A stretch of 64,000 nt of DNA. Source: a virus. The stretch spans positions 12,049-76,048 of IMG/VR virus record IMGVR_UViG_3300028840_005153; one strand, given 5' to 3'. Below, one piece after another: positions 19,616 through 29,125 of this stretch (position 1 is the stretch's first letter; every line of letters starts with the position of its first letter). The translations under genes were made by a program, and so were the position numbers. The notes under the pieces are model-generated. The model was not told the DNA's origin, did no database searches, and saw only the letters and a list, made by a program, of their open reading frames with translations.

Positions 19616-20256
19616 CAATTTGGCAAAAGTATCCGAAAGAAATTATGGATCAAAGACTGGAATTTACGAAGCAAAGACTTCGCCCTTTGAAGGAAGGAAT
19701 TGGAAGGAATTGTACTATTGGACCTGAAGTAAAGATAGGTAAAGGGTGTGAAATTCGTAATAATGTTGTCATCCTTGGTCGAGTTACTATTGGTGATCAT
19801 TGCTTAATAAGAACAGGAGCGGTAATTGGTGAAGATGGATTTTCTGTAGAACGTGATGGCGAAAGAATTTTAAGGGTCGTGCATACAGGGGAAGTAGTAA
19901 TTGGAAACCATGTTGATATTGGATGTTATACTGTTATCAATAGAGCTACCGTAAATCGAACAACCATAGGTGATTATACGAAGATAAGTCATCGGGTAAC
20001 AATAGGACACAATAATCATATAGGAAAAAGAGTAATAATAAATTTAGGAACATTACTTGCCGGAAGTGTTATTGTGAAAGATGATGTTTTTATTGGCTAT
20101 CAAGCTACTGTTAAAGGTAAGTTGACAATCCATGAAGGCGCATTAGTCGGAATGTGTTCATGGGTTACGAAAGATGTTCCACCTGAAGTAATTGTAGTCG
20201 GGCGTCCAGCTAAATTTTTAAGGAGAGTAGAAGACGGATACCATGAAAGGAGGTAG
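19600..20256 (+). CDS. Hexapeptide-repeat acyltransferase (LpxD-like)
   Basis: Left-handed beta-helix repeats, IGEDGF, HTGEV.IG, IGHN, VGRPAK. Confidence 0.85.
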   Translation: MDKSIAIWQKYPKEIMDQRLEFTKQRLRPLKEGIGRNCTIGPEVKIGKGCEIRNNVVILGRVTIGDHCLIRTGAVIGEDGFSVERDGERILRVVHTGEVVIGNHVDIGCYTVINRATVNRTTIGDYTKISHRVTIGHNNHIGKRVIINLGTLLAGSVIVKDDVFIGYQATVKGKLTIHEGALVGMCSWVTKDVPPEVIVVGRPAKFLRRVEDGYHERR

Positions 20257-20315
20257 TTAACGGTATTTAATGGGCGAATTTTGTTTACTCACTAACACTA
20301 AAGGAGAAAAAGAAA

Positions 20316-20675
20316 ATGGCAAAAGCTACCACCAAGGCGAAAGCTACCAAAGGAAAGAAGACTAAGGAAAAGAAAGAAAAGAAAGTTGAACCTGTTTTTG
20401 AAAATGCTTCTACCGCAGAAGAAATGCTCGAAGAAATGCAGGATGTCATTGATGAGATGGAAGAAGCAATTGAGGAATGGGATGAACATGAAGGGACTAA
20501 AAAGCGTTCATCTGAAATTCGGAAGTATGCTCAGCATGTTACCAAAATGGCGAAGGGCATTCGCGTTCATGTTCAAAGTGTGAAGAACGCAGCGAAAGCT
20601 GATAAGATGAAGAAAGCCACGAAAGATAAAGGCAAGAAAGGAAAGAAAAGTAGCAAGGGCAAAAAGAAGAAGTAG
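20316..20675 (+). CDS. Histone H1-like (Hc1-like) DNA-binding protein
   Basis: Lys/Ala-rich tails around a helical core GTKKRSSEIRK...TKMAKGIR resembling Hc1. Confidence 0.55.
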   Translation: MAKATTKAKATKGKKTKEKKEKKVEPVFENASTAEEMLEEMQDVIDEMEEAIEEWDEHEGTKKRSSEIRKYAQHVTKMAKGIRVHVQSVKNAAKADKMKKATKDKGKKGKKSSKGKKKK

Positions 20676-20704
20676 GGGGATAACTTCACGCTTGCTCTAA
20701 GACG

Positions 20705-20760
20705 AGCCTGTGAGTCATCCCTGTAAGGGAAGAGATACTTTAGACTCACAGGCTTTTTTA
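20705..20760 (+). terminator. Terminator with long stem and branched loop
   Basis: AGCCTGTGAGTC/GACTCACAGGCT 12-bp stem plus T run. Confidence 0.7.
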
Positions 20761-20791
20761 TTTTCCCCACCCACTCAAGGCTTTCCATGTC

Positions 20792-21745
20792 ATGTTTAAA
20801 AGACTCACTATAAAATTCTTCCAATCCCATCGTAATTCTATTTTAAATTTTTCTCCTTTTTTCAATTGTATTTATGGAGAGAATTGTCATGGGAAAACTG
20901 CTATCTTTCGCGCAATCATTTGGCTTAAAGAGAATAAACCTATTGGATTAAAAAATTCATGGTTTTCAAAAGGCGAACCTACCGAAATTAGTATTCTAAC
21001 TGGCGAAGATATTCTTATTGAATTTCATAAACAGAAGAAAACAACCTATAATATCACTGGTTATCCTACACCTTTTAATCCTGGTCGTGGTTCGCTGAAA
21101 GAAGTCGAAGAGATTTTAAATCTTGGAGAGATGAATATTCAGCGCCAATTACAACCAACTTTCGTAATAACAGAAACGCCTGGAAAGATAGCTCAACGTT
21201 TAAATAAAGTTATCCAAGCAGAAGATGTTGATTCATGGGTTTCGGAAATTTCAAAGCAAATAAGGGACAATGATAAAAAGATAAAATTTTTAAAAAACGA
21301 TAGGGCTGAATTGAGAGAACAATTACGTTCGATACCTGATTTGAAATTGGTGAAAGATAAGATAGAGAAAATCCATAGGTTGGAAGATTTACTTAACAAG
21401 AAGGAAGAAAAACTTGGCTCCCTAAAGAAAGCTCGCAAGGAATACAAAGGCATTATAAAAGATATAGGCCAAATGCCTTTGGCAAAAATAAAACGCAAAT
21501 ATGAGGCAATGGTAAAGGATGCAGCTATACTTGAAAGATATGAAGAGTTATCAAATTGCCTTGCAGAATATAAAAAAATAGGAAATCAGTTAATTAGTCT
21601 TGAAGAAGAAAAATCTATGACAAGGAGGGATTATAATAAATTTTATCGAATGCTTGATGTCTGTCCTACTTGCGGAAGTAAGCTCGATGAAAAGAAAAGA
21701 AAACATTTAATCAAGGAGAGAGGAAATGGAAAGGACGAGAAGTAA
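20792..21745 (+). CDS. sbcC: SbcC/Rad50 N-terminal half (Walker A, coiled coil, Zn hook)
   Basis: F+SH, IYGENCHGKTAI, Q-loop, coiled coil, CPTC. Confidence 0.8.
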   Translation: MFKRLTIKFFQSHRNSILNFSPFFNCIYGENCHGKTAIFRAIIWLKENKPIGLKNSWFSKGEPTEISILTGEDILIEFHKQKKTTYNITGYPTPFNPGRGSLKEVEEILNLGEMNIQRQLQPTFVITETPGKIAQRLNKVIQAEDVDSWVSEISKQIRDNDKKIKFLKNDRAELREQLRSIPDLKLVKDKIEKIHRLEDLLNKKEEKLGSLKKARKEYKGIIKDIGQMPLAKIKRKYEAMVKDAAILERYEELSNCLAEYKKIGNQLISLEEEKSMTRRDYNKFYRMLDVCPTCGSKLDEKKRKHLIKERGNGKDEK

Positions 21746-22745
21746 AGTCAATTGGATTGCTCCTTCAACCCCTCATTATAAACATTTGGAAAGATGTGGG
21801 AGGGCCTGTTACCAGACACATGATACGACTACGGAATATAGTCATCTACGTTTTGTTCGTAACATTGTTTCCAGGAAACATTGGAGCGTTTTAGAGCATG
21901 GAGTTTTTGTTTTTAAAATTTCTCCTGTCTTTTTTTGTTACCTTAAAGATATCGAAGATCGACGTTTTATCAATATTACTTCGAATGATAAAAAAACTCG
22001 TTTTCTTGCTTCTGGTTCTTTTCGTGCTTGGATGGAATTGGCAGATCGAACGGGCAATATGGCAGATCGAACGGGCAATATTGCTGCACTCAAGGCTTGT
22101 CAAGTCATTAGTCGTTATGCTCCAGATATTTTTGGTCGTTTTGCTACGATTGAAAATAAATTTTCAAAAGATGATTGCGATATTAATATTCCATTTTTAA
22201 AAACAGGTATTAGTTTTCATGAATATGTAACTCATAAACATTATACGGTTTCAGTGAATACAAACCGTGGCGTCACACATGAGTTCGTAAGGCATCGGCC
22301 ATGTGCTTTTTCTCAGGAAAGCACTCGTTATGTTCGGTGTGATGAAAATAGCGAAAATTTTATTGAACCTGTTTTTTGGAAAAAATGGGATGGCAAAACT
22401 CGAGAAGTTTGGGAAGACCATATGCTTGAAACACAGGAAAGATATCGATTCCTGAATGGTGAACTTGGCTTGCCATATCAAGAAGCGAGAGAGATTTTAC
22501 CAAATGCTTTGAAAGCGGAATTGGTAATTACAGCAAGCCTTGCGGAGTGGCTTCATATTCTTATTTTGCGATCTGGAAATACTGCTCATCCTGAATTTAG
22601 AAAACTCGCAACTGAAATCTGGGAACTTTTTCTTGAAGAAGAGGATAACATTTTTAATGAGTGTTTTTGGAAAATGAGAAAAAAATATGATAATGTATTT
22701 TATTCTAATCAATATGAATGGGAAGATGTAATAGAGCCAATTTAA
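21726..22745 (+). CDS. thyX: Flavin-dependent thymidylate synthase
   Basis: GRACY, H.SVLEH, HEFVRHR..FSQESTRY, EAR.ILPN, AHPE.R. Confidence 0.92.
   Translation: MERTRSKVNWIAPSTPHYKHLERCGRACYQTHDTTTEYSHLRFVRNIVSRKHWSVLEHGVFVFKISPVFFCYLKDIEDRRFINITSNDKKTRFLASGSFRAWMELADRTGNMADRTGNIAALKACQVISRYAPDIFGRFATIENKFSKDDCDINIPFLKTGISFHEYVTHKHYTVSVNTNRGVTHEFVRHRPCAFSQESTRYVRCDENSENFIEPVFWKKWDGKTREVWEDHMLETQERYRFLNGELGLPYQEAREILPNALKAELVITASLAEWLHILILRSGNTAHPEFRKLATEIWELFLEEEDNIFNECFWKMRKKYDNVFYSNQYEWEDVIEPI
22039..22080 (+). repeat. Perfect 21-bp tandem duplication inside thyX (ADRTGN twice)
   Basis: TGGCAGATCGAACGGGCAATA x2. Confidence 0.9.
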
Positions 22746-22883
22746 CAAATTTAAATTTCGGGGATAGATTTACTTTGATCCTCAATGCCTATGGTGCCGC
22801 CTCAAAGTAAATTGAAAAGGGATAGTCCTGCTTCTATCCTCTTCCCCGATCCCCATTTTGAAAAATAAATAAGAAAGTAAAAA

Positions 22884-23792
22884 ATGGATTTGATAATTCT
22901 TGGCGATATTCATCTTCTTGAGAAAAACCCAATTGCTCGTAAAGATGATTTGACTTCAACACAATGGGTAAAATTAAAACAAGTCTTTGAACGAGCGTGG
23001 CTTCAACATCAAAGTAATGGTGCAATCGTTTGTATTCCAGGTGATTTTACAGATAAGCCACGATCTTGGAATTTACTTCGAGAGATAATACGCTTTTTGA
23101 AATTCTACCAATTGCCAGTCCTTGCCGTATTTGGACAGCATGATACTTATATGAACAGTAGTAAATTGAGGCCTTATACAAACTTAGGAATGTTAGCTGA
23201 ATTTGATTTGGTAAAAATTCTTGGAAGTAAACCTTTATCATTAGGTGAATATGATTTTTATGGTGCTTCATGGGGAGAAGATATTCCAGAAATAGAAAAT
23301 CCAAATAAAGTAAATGTATTATTGACACATCGTTCTATAGCAGAAAATCCATTATATCCCGGCCACAACTATATCGATGCAGAAGACTTTTCAGAAGAAC
23401 ATGACTTTGACATTATTATTTGTGGAGATATTCATCGCGAATTTATTATACAAAATTGTTGGAGTAATTGGATAGTAAATGCTGGACCATTATTAAGAAA
23501 AGAAGCAACGAAATATAATTTCTCTCATCTTCCTTGTTTCTATATTTATTCAAAAAATAAATTTTTCAGGACGAGTGTATCCTCTCAAAGAGGATTGAAA
23601 GTTTTAAGTCGAAAGCATATGGTTAAAGAAAATGAGATGCTTGTAGAACATTTTGATATTGAAATAAATGAAGATGAAGAATTAACTTTCAAACAGGAAT
23701 TGCTTTTGGTTATGCAAGAGTTCGAAGATGAATTTGAAACGGAATTTGTCATAGATATATTGGGCAATATAATGGAGGTGAAGGATGGTTGA
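22884..23792 (+). CDS. sbcD: SbcD/Mre11 metallophosphoesterase nuclease
   Basis: GDIH, PGD, GQHD, LTH, GDIH, NAG. Confidence 0.85.
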   Translation: MDLIILGDIHLLEKNPIARKDDLTSTQWVKLKQVFERAWLQHQSNGAIVCIPGDFTDKPRSWNLLREIIRFLKFYQLPVLAVFGQHDTYMNSSKLRPYTNLGMLAEFDLVKILGSKPLSLGEYDFYGASWGEDIPEIENPNKVNVLLTHRSIAENPLYPGHNYIDAEDFSEEHDFDIIICGDIHREFIIQNCWSNWIVNAGPLLRKEATKYNFSHLPCFYIYSKNKFFRTSVSSQRGLKVLSRKHMVKENEMLVEHFDIEINEDEELTFKQELLLVMQEFEDEFETEFVIDILGNIMEVKDG

Positions 23793-24042
23793 TATATTAA
23801 GGAAGATAAAAAGAATAAAAAATGAATTGGAAGATATTTCTGCTGAACATAAATCGGCAGAAAAAGAAAAAGAGAAAATTGAAAGAATACTTATTTCACT
23901 TGGAGTAGATAATCCGGATTTGGATTCGATAGATGAAGAGATTGAAAGGGTTGAGAGAAAAATTAAAAGTATAATTTCCAAGATTGAAAATACCATTGAA
24001 GATGTTGAAAAAATCTTGAGGGGTAGAAATGTTACAGATTGA
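23785..24042 (+). CDS. Small coiled-coil protein (possible SbcC middle segment)
   Basis: Heptad pattern; lies between sbcD and the SbcC C-terminal half. Confidence 0.55.
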   Translation: MVDILRKIKRIKNELEDISAEHKSAEKEKEKIERILISLGVDNPDLDSIDEEIERVERKIKSIISKIENTIEDVEKILRGRNVTD

Positions 24043-24655
24043 AAAAGATTATGAACGCTTAATTGGTAGGCGTGATAGAATCTTTGAAGATATGAAAAAG
24101 GTTAGTCTTCAAATTCATCAAGCAAAAAAGAAAAGTGTTCATTTATTTTGGGCGAAAAAGTTTTTACTCCTCACAGTAGAAAGACGCCAAAAAAGGATCA
24201 GCAATGCCGTTGAAAATTTAATAACTGAAACTTTAAGGAAGATATTTCCTGATAGGAATTTTACTTTCAAACTTATCTTTGAACAGAAACGCGGGAAGAT
24301 TGAATGCCGTCCTGTAATTATGGATGGCAGGAAAGAACATAATCCCGAAGATGATTTGGGCGGTTCAATTCTTGATATTATAAGTATGGCCTTTCGAATT
24401 ATTTTATGGAAGATGGATAGACCAAAAAAGAGAAATGTCATAATCCTCGATGAACCATTCAAATGGCTCGGCAAAGGAGAGAAAAGAGAAATGGCAGGTC
24501 GAATGCTTTATGAATTGAGTCATACTTTGAATGTTCAAATAATTCTTATAACGCATGAACCTGAGCTTATGCGTTTCGCAGATAAGAGTTTTCAAGTTGT
24601 GCATAATGGGATAGAGTCTCAAGTTTTCTCTGAAAGAAAAATCAAAAGAAGATAA
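24029..24655 (+). CDS. sbcC: SbcC/Rad50 C-terminal half (ABC signature, Walker B, H-loop)
   Basis: LGGS, IILDEPF, IILITH. Confidence 0.8.
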   Translation: MLQIEKDYERLIGRRDRIFEDMKKVSLQIHQAKKKSVHLFWAKKFLLLTVERRQKRISNAVENLITETLRKIFPDRNFTFKLIFEQKRGKIECRPVIMDGRKEHNPEDDLGGSILDIISMAFRIILWKMDRPKKRNVIILDEPFKWLGKGEKREMAGRMLYELSHTLNVQIILITHEPELMRFADKSFQVVHNGIESQVFSERKIKRR

Positions 24656-24675
24656 CATATAATTTTTAATTTCAA

Positions 24676-24936
24676 ATGGTGGAGAAGATAATGAATGTTG
24701 CTGAAGAATTATGCAAAATGGGGAAAGATGGATGGCGATGGAAAGCAAACAATGATCCTCATACGCCTGGATGTGAATTTTGTATTCTTGCTTATATTCC
24801 GCATATTCATAGGGTTTATGGGTACGGCTCAACACCGGAAGCGGCATTTACTATGTTGAAAGAGCAAATAGGAAAAAGAGAAAAAGTAATTCAACAGGTC
24901 AAAGATGAAAACGAAGCACATGAAAGAGGAGGGTGA
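24676..24936 (+). CDS. Hypothetical protein
   Basis: ORF in operon. Confidence 0.45.
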   Translation: MVEKIMNVAEELCKMGKDGWRWKANNDPHTPGCEFCILAYIPHIHRVYGYGSTPEAAFTMLKEQIGKREKVIQQVKDENEAHERGG

Positions 24937-24937
24937 A

Positions 24938-25789
24938 ATGTTGAATTTTGTTATGCTTGGAGTTGCCGGATTTGTTGCTCCAAGACATTTAAAGGCAATC
25001 AAAGCAGTTGGTGGAAATCTATTGGCAGCAATGGATCCACATGATTCGGTTGGAGTTCTTGATAGTTATTTTCCTAATTGCGCTTTTTTTACCGAGTTTG
25101 AACGCTTTGATAGATATTGCGATAAACTAATAAGAGAGGGTATTCCTATTGACTTCGTTACAATATGCTCTCCAAATTATCTACACGATGCCCATTGTCG
25201 TTTTGCTTTGAGAAATAACGCTGAAGCAATTTGTGAAAAACCTTTGGTAATTAATACCCGAAATATTGATAGCCTTATTGATTTGGAAAAAGAATTTGAT
25301 AGGAGAATAAATTGCATAATGCAATTGAGACTTCATCCTGATTCTCTTCGGGTAAAAACGAAGTATCGAAATCGCTCATCTGTTTTTGTGAATGTAGAAT
25401 ATAACGCTCCGCGAGGATTATGGTATAACTATTCATGGAAAGGTATCGAAGAAAAATCGGGTGGCCTTGCTACTAATATAGGAATTCATATCTTTGATTT
25501 ACTTGCATGGTTTTTTGGTAAGTGTGAAAAAGTTTCAGTTCTCGTAAAGCAGGAAAATACTTTGATGTGCAATCTTCGTTTTGAAAGATCAAATTGTGAA
25601 ATTCTGCTTTCTACTGAAGGGGATAAACCTGTAAGAATTTTTCAAGTTGGAGAGGATCTTCTGGATTTCACTCAGGCAATTACGAATTTACATACTCTTT
25701 CGTATGAAGAGATATTGAATGGAAATTCTTTTAGACCACAGGATGCAAGGGAGGGTATAAGGATAACAGAATTAATTAGGGAGTTTTAA
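24938..25789 (+). CDS. Gfo/Idh/MocA oxidoreductase, WbpB/WlbA-like UDP-GlcNAcA 3-dehydrogenase
   Basis: [24 protein letters not shown]...[48 protein letters not shown]. Confidence 0.88.
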   Translation: MLNFVMLGVAGFVAPRHLKAIKAVGGNLLAAMDPHDSVGVLDSYFPNCAFFTEFERFDRYCDKLIREGIPIDFVTICSPNYLHDAHCRFALRNNAEAICEKPLVINTRNIDSLIDLEKEFDRRINCIMQLRLHPDSLRVKTKYRNRSSVFVNVEYNAPRGLWYNYSWKGIEEKSGGLATNIGIHIFDLLAWFFGKCEKVSVLVKQENTLMCNLRFERSNCEILLSTEGDKPVRIFQVGEDLLDFTQAITNLHTLSYEEILNGNSFRPQDAREGIRITELIREF

Positions 25790-25790
25790 A

Positions 25791-26234
25791 ATGTGGAATC
25801 CAAGTATTTGCGGCAAAGATGTTAAATATTATGAACCTTTAAATGTTTATGGAGGAGAAATTGGAAATAGATGTATGATTGGTGCTTTCGTAGAAATTGG
25901 ACCCGAGGTAGTAATTGGAGATGATTGTAGGATTCAATCAGGTGCTTTTATTCCACAAGGTGTAGTAATTGGTGATTCCGTCTTCATTGGTCCAAATGTG
26001 GTTTTCACCAATGTTAAAAAGCCAAAAGCAAAAGTAAAACAATTCTTTCAGAAGACAATTGTTGGAAATGGAACTGTGATTGGTGCTAATGCTACGATAT
26101 TGCCAGGAATTATTATTGGAAATTTTTCTACCATAGGCGCTGGAGCAATTGTTACAAAAAACGTTCCACCTCATTCTATAGTTATTTCACCTGAGGCGAA
26201 GATAATCAAAAGTGCTTTACAGAATAAATCATGA
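25791..26234 (+). CDS. Hexapeptide N-acetyltransferase, WbpD/FdtC-like
   Basis: [38 protein letters not shown]. Confidence 0.85.
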   Translation: MWNPSICGKDVKYYEPLNVYGGEIGNRCMIGAFVEIGPEVVIGDDCRIQSGAFIPQGVVIGDSVFIGPNVVFTNVKKPKAKVKQFFQKTIVGNGTVIGANATILPGIIIGNFSTIGAGAIVTKNVPPHSIVISPEAKIIKSALQNKS

Positions 26235-26250
26235 AAGGAGAATTAAAAAA

Positions 26251-26919
26251 ATGGAAAGAACAAATAACTTTGATCGAATGGGGGATTGGTGCAAATTTTC
26301 TGCTCATATGGTTGATAATTATTTAGCTCCGGTAGTGAAGAAATATGGGGCTGGAGGTATGTTTAATGATTTACTTCATTATACCGGCCTTCGTGTTATA
26401 TGTTGGAATATTCTCAAATATGCTCTTCGGTTGTGGACTGGAACAGGTAAACCGAAAGACTTTGAAAAAATTGCGCACTATTCCCAAATGGGATGGACAC
26501 TTAAAAATGAATTGGATTTGCAAGCTCCATTTTTTAAATCAGAAGATCCAGATCATGAATTTTTTATTTTGCGTGGATCCGAAAAAGATGAAGAAAAAGA
26601 TGAAGCAGAAAAAGCCATTATGGAATTGATGAATGAATTTCTTAAAAAGGAAGAAATGATAAATGAAATTAATGAAGCTCTCAAACTTCCGGTTAAGATT
26701 AAAAAGGAAGTAAAAGGACCAAAAGATGAAGCATGGTATCGAAGATCATCTATGAATAAAATTCATAAGATAAATTCTATTTCTATGAGAAACCATCAGA
26801 AGGAAGTAAATCGCTTTTGGGAATATTATTGTAATTTCATCTTTAATGAAAGACGTTCTACTGAATTTAAAAATTTGCGTGGTTATTTTTTTGAAAAATT
26901 TCTTTCAAAGATGGAGTAA
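26251..26919 (+). CDS. Hypothetical protein with DUF3310-like motif
   Basis: NILKYALR...GKPKDFEKIAHY. Confidence 0.45.
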   Translation: MERTNNFDRMGDWCKFSAHMVDNYLAPVVKKYGAGGMFNDLLHYTGLRVICWNILKYALRLWTGTGKPKDFEKIAHYSQMGWTLKNELDLQAPFFKSEDPDHEFFILRGSEKDEEKDEAEKAIMELMNEFLKKEEMINEINEALKLPVKIKKEVKGPKDEAWYRRSSMNKIHKINSISMRNHQKEVNRFWEYYCNFIFNERRSTEFKNLRGYFFEKFLSKME

Positions 26920-26925
26920 TTTTTT

Positions 26926-27372
26926 ATGTCTTTCCAGGAGAGAGTTTGTCGGGCAGCAAAGATTGAAGGCTTCAAAGATGATTATGATTTCTTTCGCTTT
27001 TATATTTTGCAAGGTTATCGTCTTGATACGATCTTAAAACATCTTCAATGGGTTCATTCTATCTATCTTTCATATGCAGGAGCTTATAAAGCATATGGAC
27101 ACGTTTATTCTGCTTTCATAGCGGAAAGAAAAAAGATGGAGAAGAAAATAAAAAAACCCACTTCAAGTTATCGTAAAAAATATGATAGTAAAAGAAATAG
27201 GATAACAAATTGTAAATGTCCTTTAGGGTATAGTAGCGTATCCAATGCCATTAGGTATTTACGCGGTCATGGACTTACGGAAGAAGAAATAGCAAGGACT
27301 TTCGGAGTATCTGTTAAGACGTTTTCCAGATTAAAGCGGCAGTATAATATTTCCCCACCTGTTAAGAATTAA
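26926..27372 (+). CDS. HTH-domain protein
   Basis: C-terminal GLTEEEIARTFGVSVKTFSR. Confidence 0.6.
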   Translation: MSFQERVCRAAKIEGFKDDYDFFRFYILQGYRLDTILKHLQWVHSIYLSYAGAYKAYGHVYSAFIAERKKMEKKIKKPTSSYRKKYDSKRNRITNCKCPLGYSSVSNAIRYLRGHGLTEEEIARTFGVSVKTFSRLKRQYNISPPVKN

Positions 27373-27560
27373 CAAAAAGTATTTTCTTATTTAAAAGCAG
27401 TAATTTACAGGTAAAGTGATAGTCAAATTTACTTTTACTTTTTTTGCATCTGGATGCTATCCCTTTATCAATTTAATTTAATAATGTAAGAAAAGATAAA
27501 AATCACCTGTATTTACAAATTGTTAATTGCTTCTTTTGTTTGGGCGGAAACGGAGCAGTA

Positions 27561-28112
27561 ATGAAAAAGATCATCTCGGTTATTCCACAACTCAAGCGCT
27601 CAAAACATTTTGCGGGAAGAAAAAGTTGGGTCGATTATTTTATGGCTCAAGCGTTTTTGGCAGCAGAACAATCCACTTGTCTTCGTAGAAAAGTCGGTGC
27701 TGTAGCGGTAAAAGAAAAAAGAATTATCGCAACGGGATTCAATGGTCAAGTAAGTGGAACTGTTCATTGTAAAAAATGTTTACGCGAAGAATTAGGAATC
27801 CCTTCAGGTCAGCGGCAAGAAATATGTCGCGCCCTCCATGCCGAACAAAATGTTCTTATCCAATGCGCAAAGTATGGCCCTCCTATCAAAGGCGCAATTA
27901 TCTATCAAACAACTAAACCTTGCATCACCTGTTTTAAAATGCTTTTAAACGCTGGAGTTGAAAGCATTATTTATGAACATGATTACCCTGATGAATTTAC
28001 AAATATTGAAATGTCAACCTGTGGATGGATGAAGATAAAAAGGGAAGATAATTTTTTCTGTTTACAACCGAGACCTGAATTTAAATTTACGGTGATGTGT
28101 GATGCTCAGTAA
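27561..28112 (+). CDS. dCMP deaminase (ComEB family)
   Basis: STCLRRKVGAV, ATGFNG, HAEQN, PCITC. Confidence 0.92.
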   Translation: MKKIISVIPQLKRSKHFAGRKSWVDYFMAQAFLAAEQSTCLRRKVGAVAVKEKRIIATGFNGQVSGTVHCKKCLREELGIPSGQRQEICRALHAEQNVLIQCAKYGPPIKGAIIYQTTKPCITCFKMLLNAGVESIIYEHDYPDEFTNIEMSTCGWMKIKREDNFFCLQPRPEFKFTVMCDAQ

Positions 28113-28524
28113 GAAAAAAGTATTAATAGGTGGAAGTCGTTCTATTTATGATCCGCGTGAATTGATTATAGCATTCAAAATAGTTTATCATGATGGGACA
28201 TTTTTAAAAGATAGAAAAGAAATTGGAACAGTTATTTCGGGCGGAGCAAGGGGAGTCGATAAGATGGGAGAGACTTTTGCTTCGCGTAATGCGATTAGTC
28301 TTATTATATGTCCTGCAAATTGGCAGCGAGAATCCAGTAGAAATTCGGTCAGTGAGGCGGATTGCGGTGTTTTACTTTGGGACGGTATTAGTCATGGAAC
28401 ACTAATGTTGATCGAAGAATTTACTTTGCAGAATAAACCATTTTACGTTCATTACGCGGTTCCAACGGCTTCATATAAAAATAAAGACATTGAAGATTTT
28501 TTGAAGGAGAATAAAAATGCCTGA
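28099..28524 (+). CDS. SLOG/YspA-like (DUF2493) protein
   Basis: IGGSR, VISGGARGVD, PA.W, WDG.SHGT. Confidence 0.75.
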   Translation: MMLSKKKVLIGGSRSIYDPRELIIAFKIVYHDGTFLKDRKEIGTVISGGARGVDKMGETFASRNAISLIICPANWQRESSRNSVSEADCGVLLWDGISHGTLMLIEEFTLQNKPFYVHYAVPTASYKNKDIEDFLKENKNA

Positions 28525-28822
28525 GGAGAAAGTGAAGCCGCAGAATTGTGAAACGTGTCACTTTGATAAAGATGATTGTGGAATGCCCGTACCATGTTGT
28601 GAGGTTGAAGATTACTTCGGAAAAACGGTTGACAGTTTAAGGGCTGTTGCGAAAACTTTTCTTGTAGCACAAACTCAGCTTATGAGAACGATAGAAAAAT
28701 CAAATAATGATCTTGAAAGGGCGATGCGTACAATTACTTTGAAAGAGGAAGCGTTCAAAGATTCAGTTGGGCAACTGAAAGACGCTTGCAATAATTGCAT
28801 AGGAAAGAAAGAAAAGGAATAG
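28517..28822 (+). CDS. Hypothetical Cys-containing protein
   Basis: RBS AAGGAG; CETC, CC, CNNC. Confidence 0.5.
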   Translation: MPEEKVKPQNCETCHFDKDDCGMPVPCCEVEDYFGKTVDSLRAVAKTFLVAQTQLMRTIEKSNNDLERAMRTITLKEEAFKDSVGQLKDACNNCIGKKEKE

Positions 28823-28847
28823 CGATAAAATTTTAATTATAAGGAGG

Positions 28848-29066
28848 ATGAAAATGTTTCGCCGCAAATTAGATATTCCAGGTCAACTAAAAACAGAAAA
28901 AAAGAAAAACCCAATTGAAGAGGAAAAAGAAATCGTAAGGGAGGCTTACCAATTTCAGAGAGAATTAGCACGAGAACAAATAGAAAGTCTTTCAGTTAAT
29001 TCTTTCACATCGCTCACAACGGCATCAATTGGTTATATTCCAACGGGCAATATTGGTACGAGATAA
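28848..29066 (+). CDS. Hypothetical protein
   Basis: RBS AAGGAGG. Confidence 0.5.
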   Translation: MKMFRRKLDIPGQLKTEKKKNPIEEEKEIVREAYQFQRELAREQIESLSVNSFTSLTTASIGYIPTGNIGTR

Positions 29067-29125
29067 AAGTATTAAATAATTTCGGGAAGTATATTTCGGG
29101 CATATGTAATGTATAGAAATTCCAG

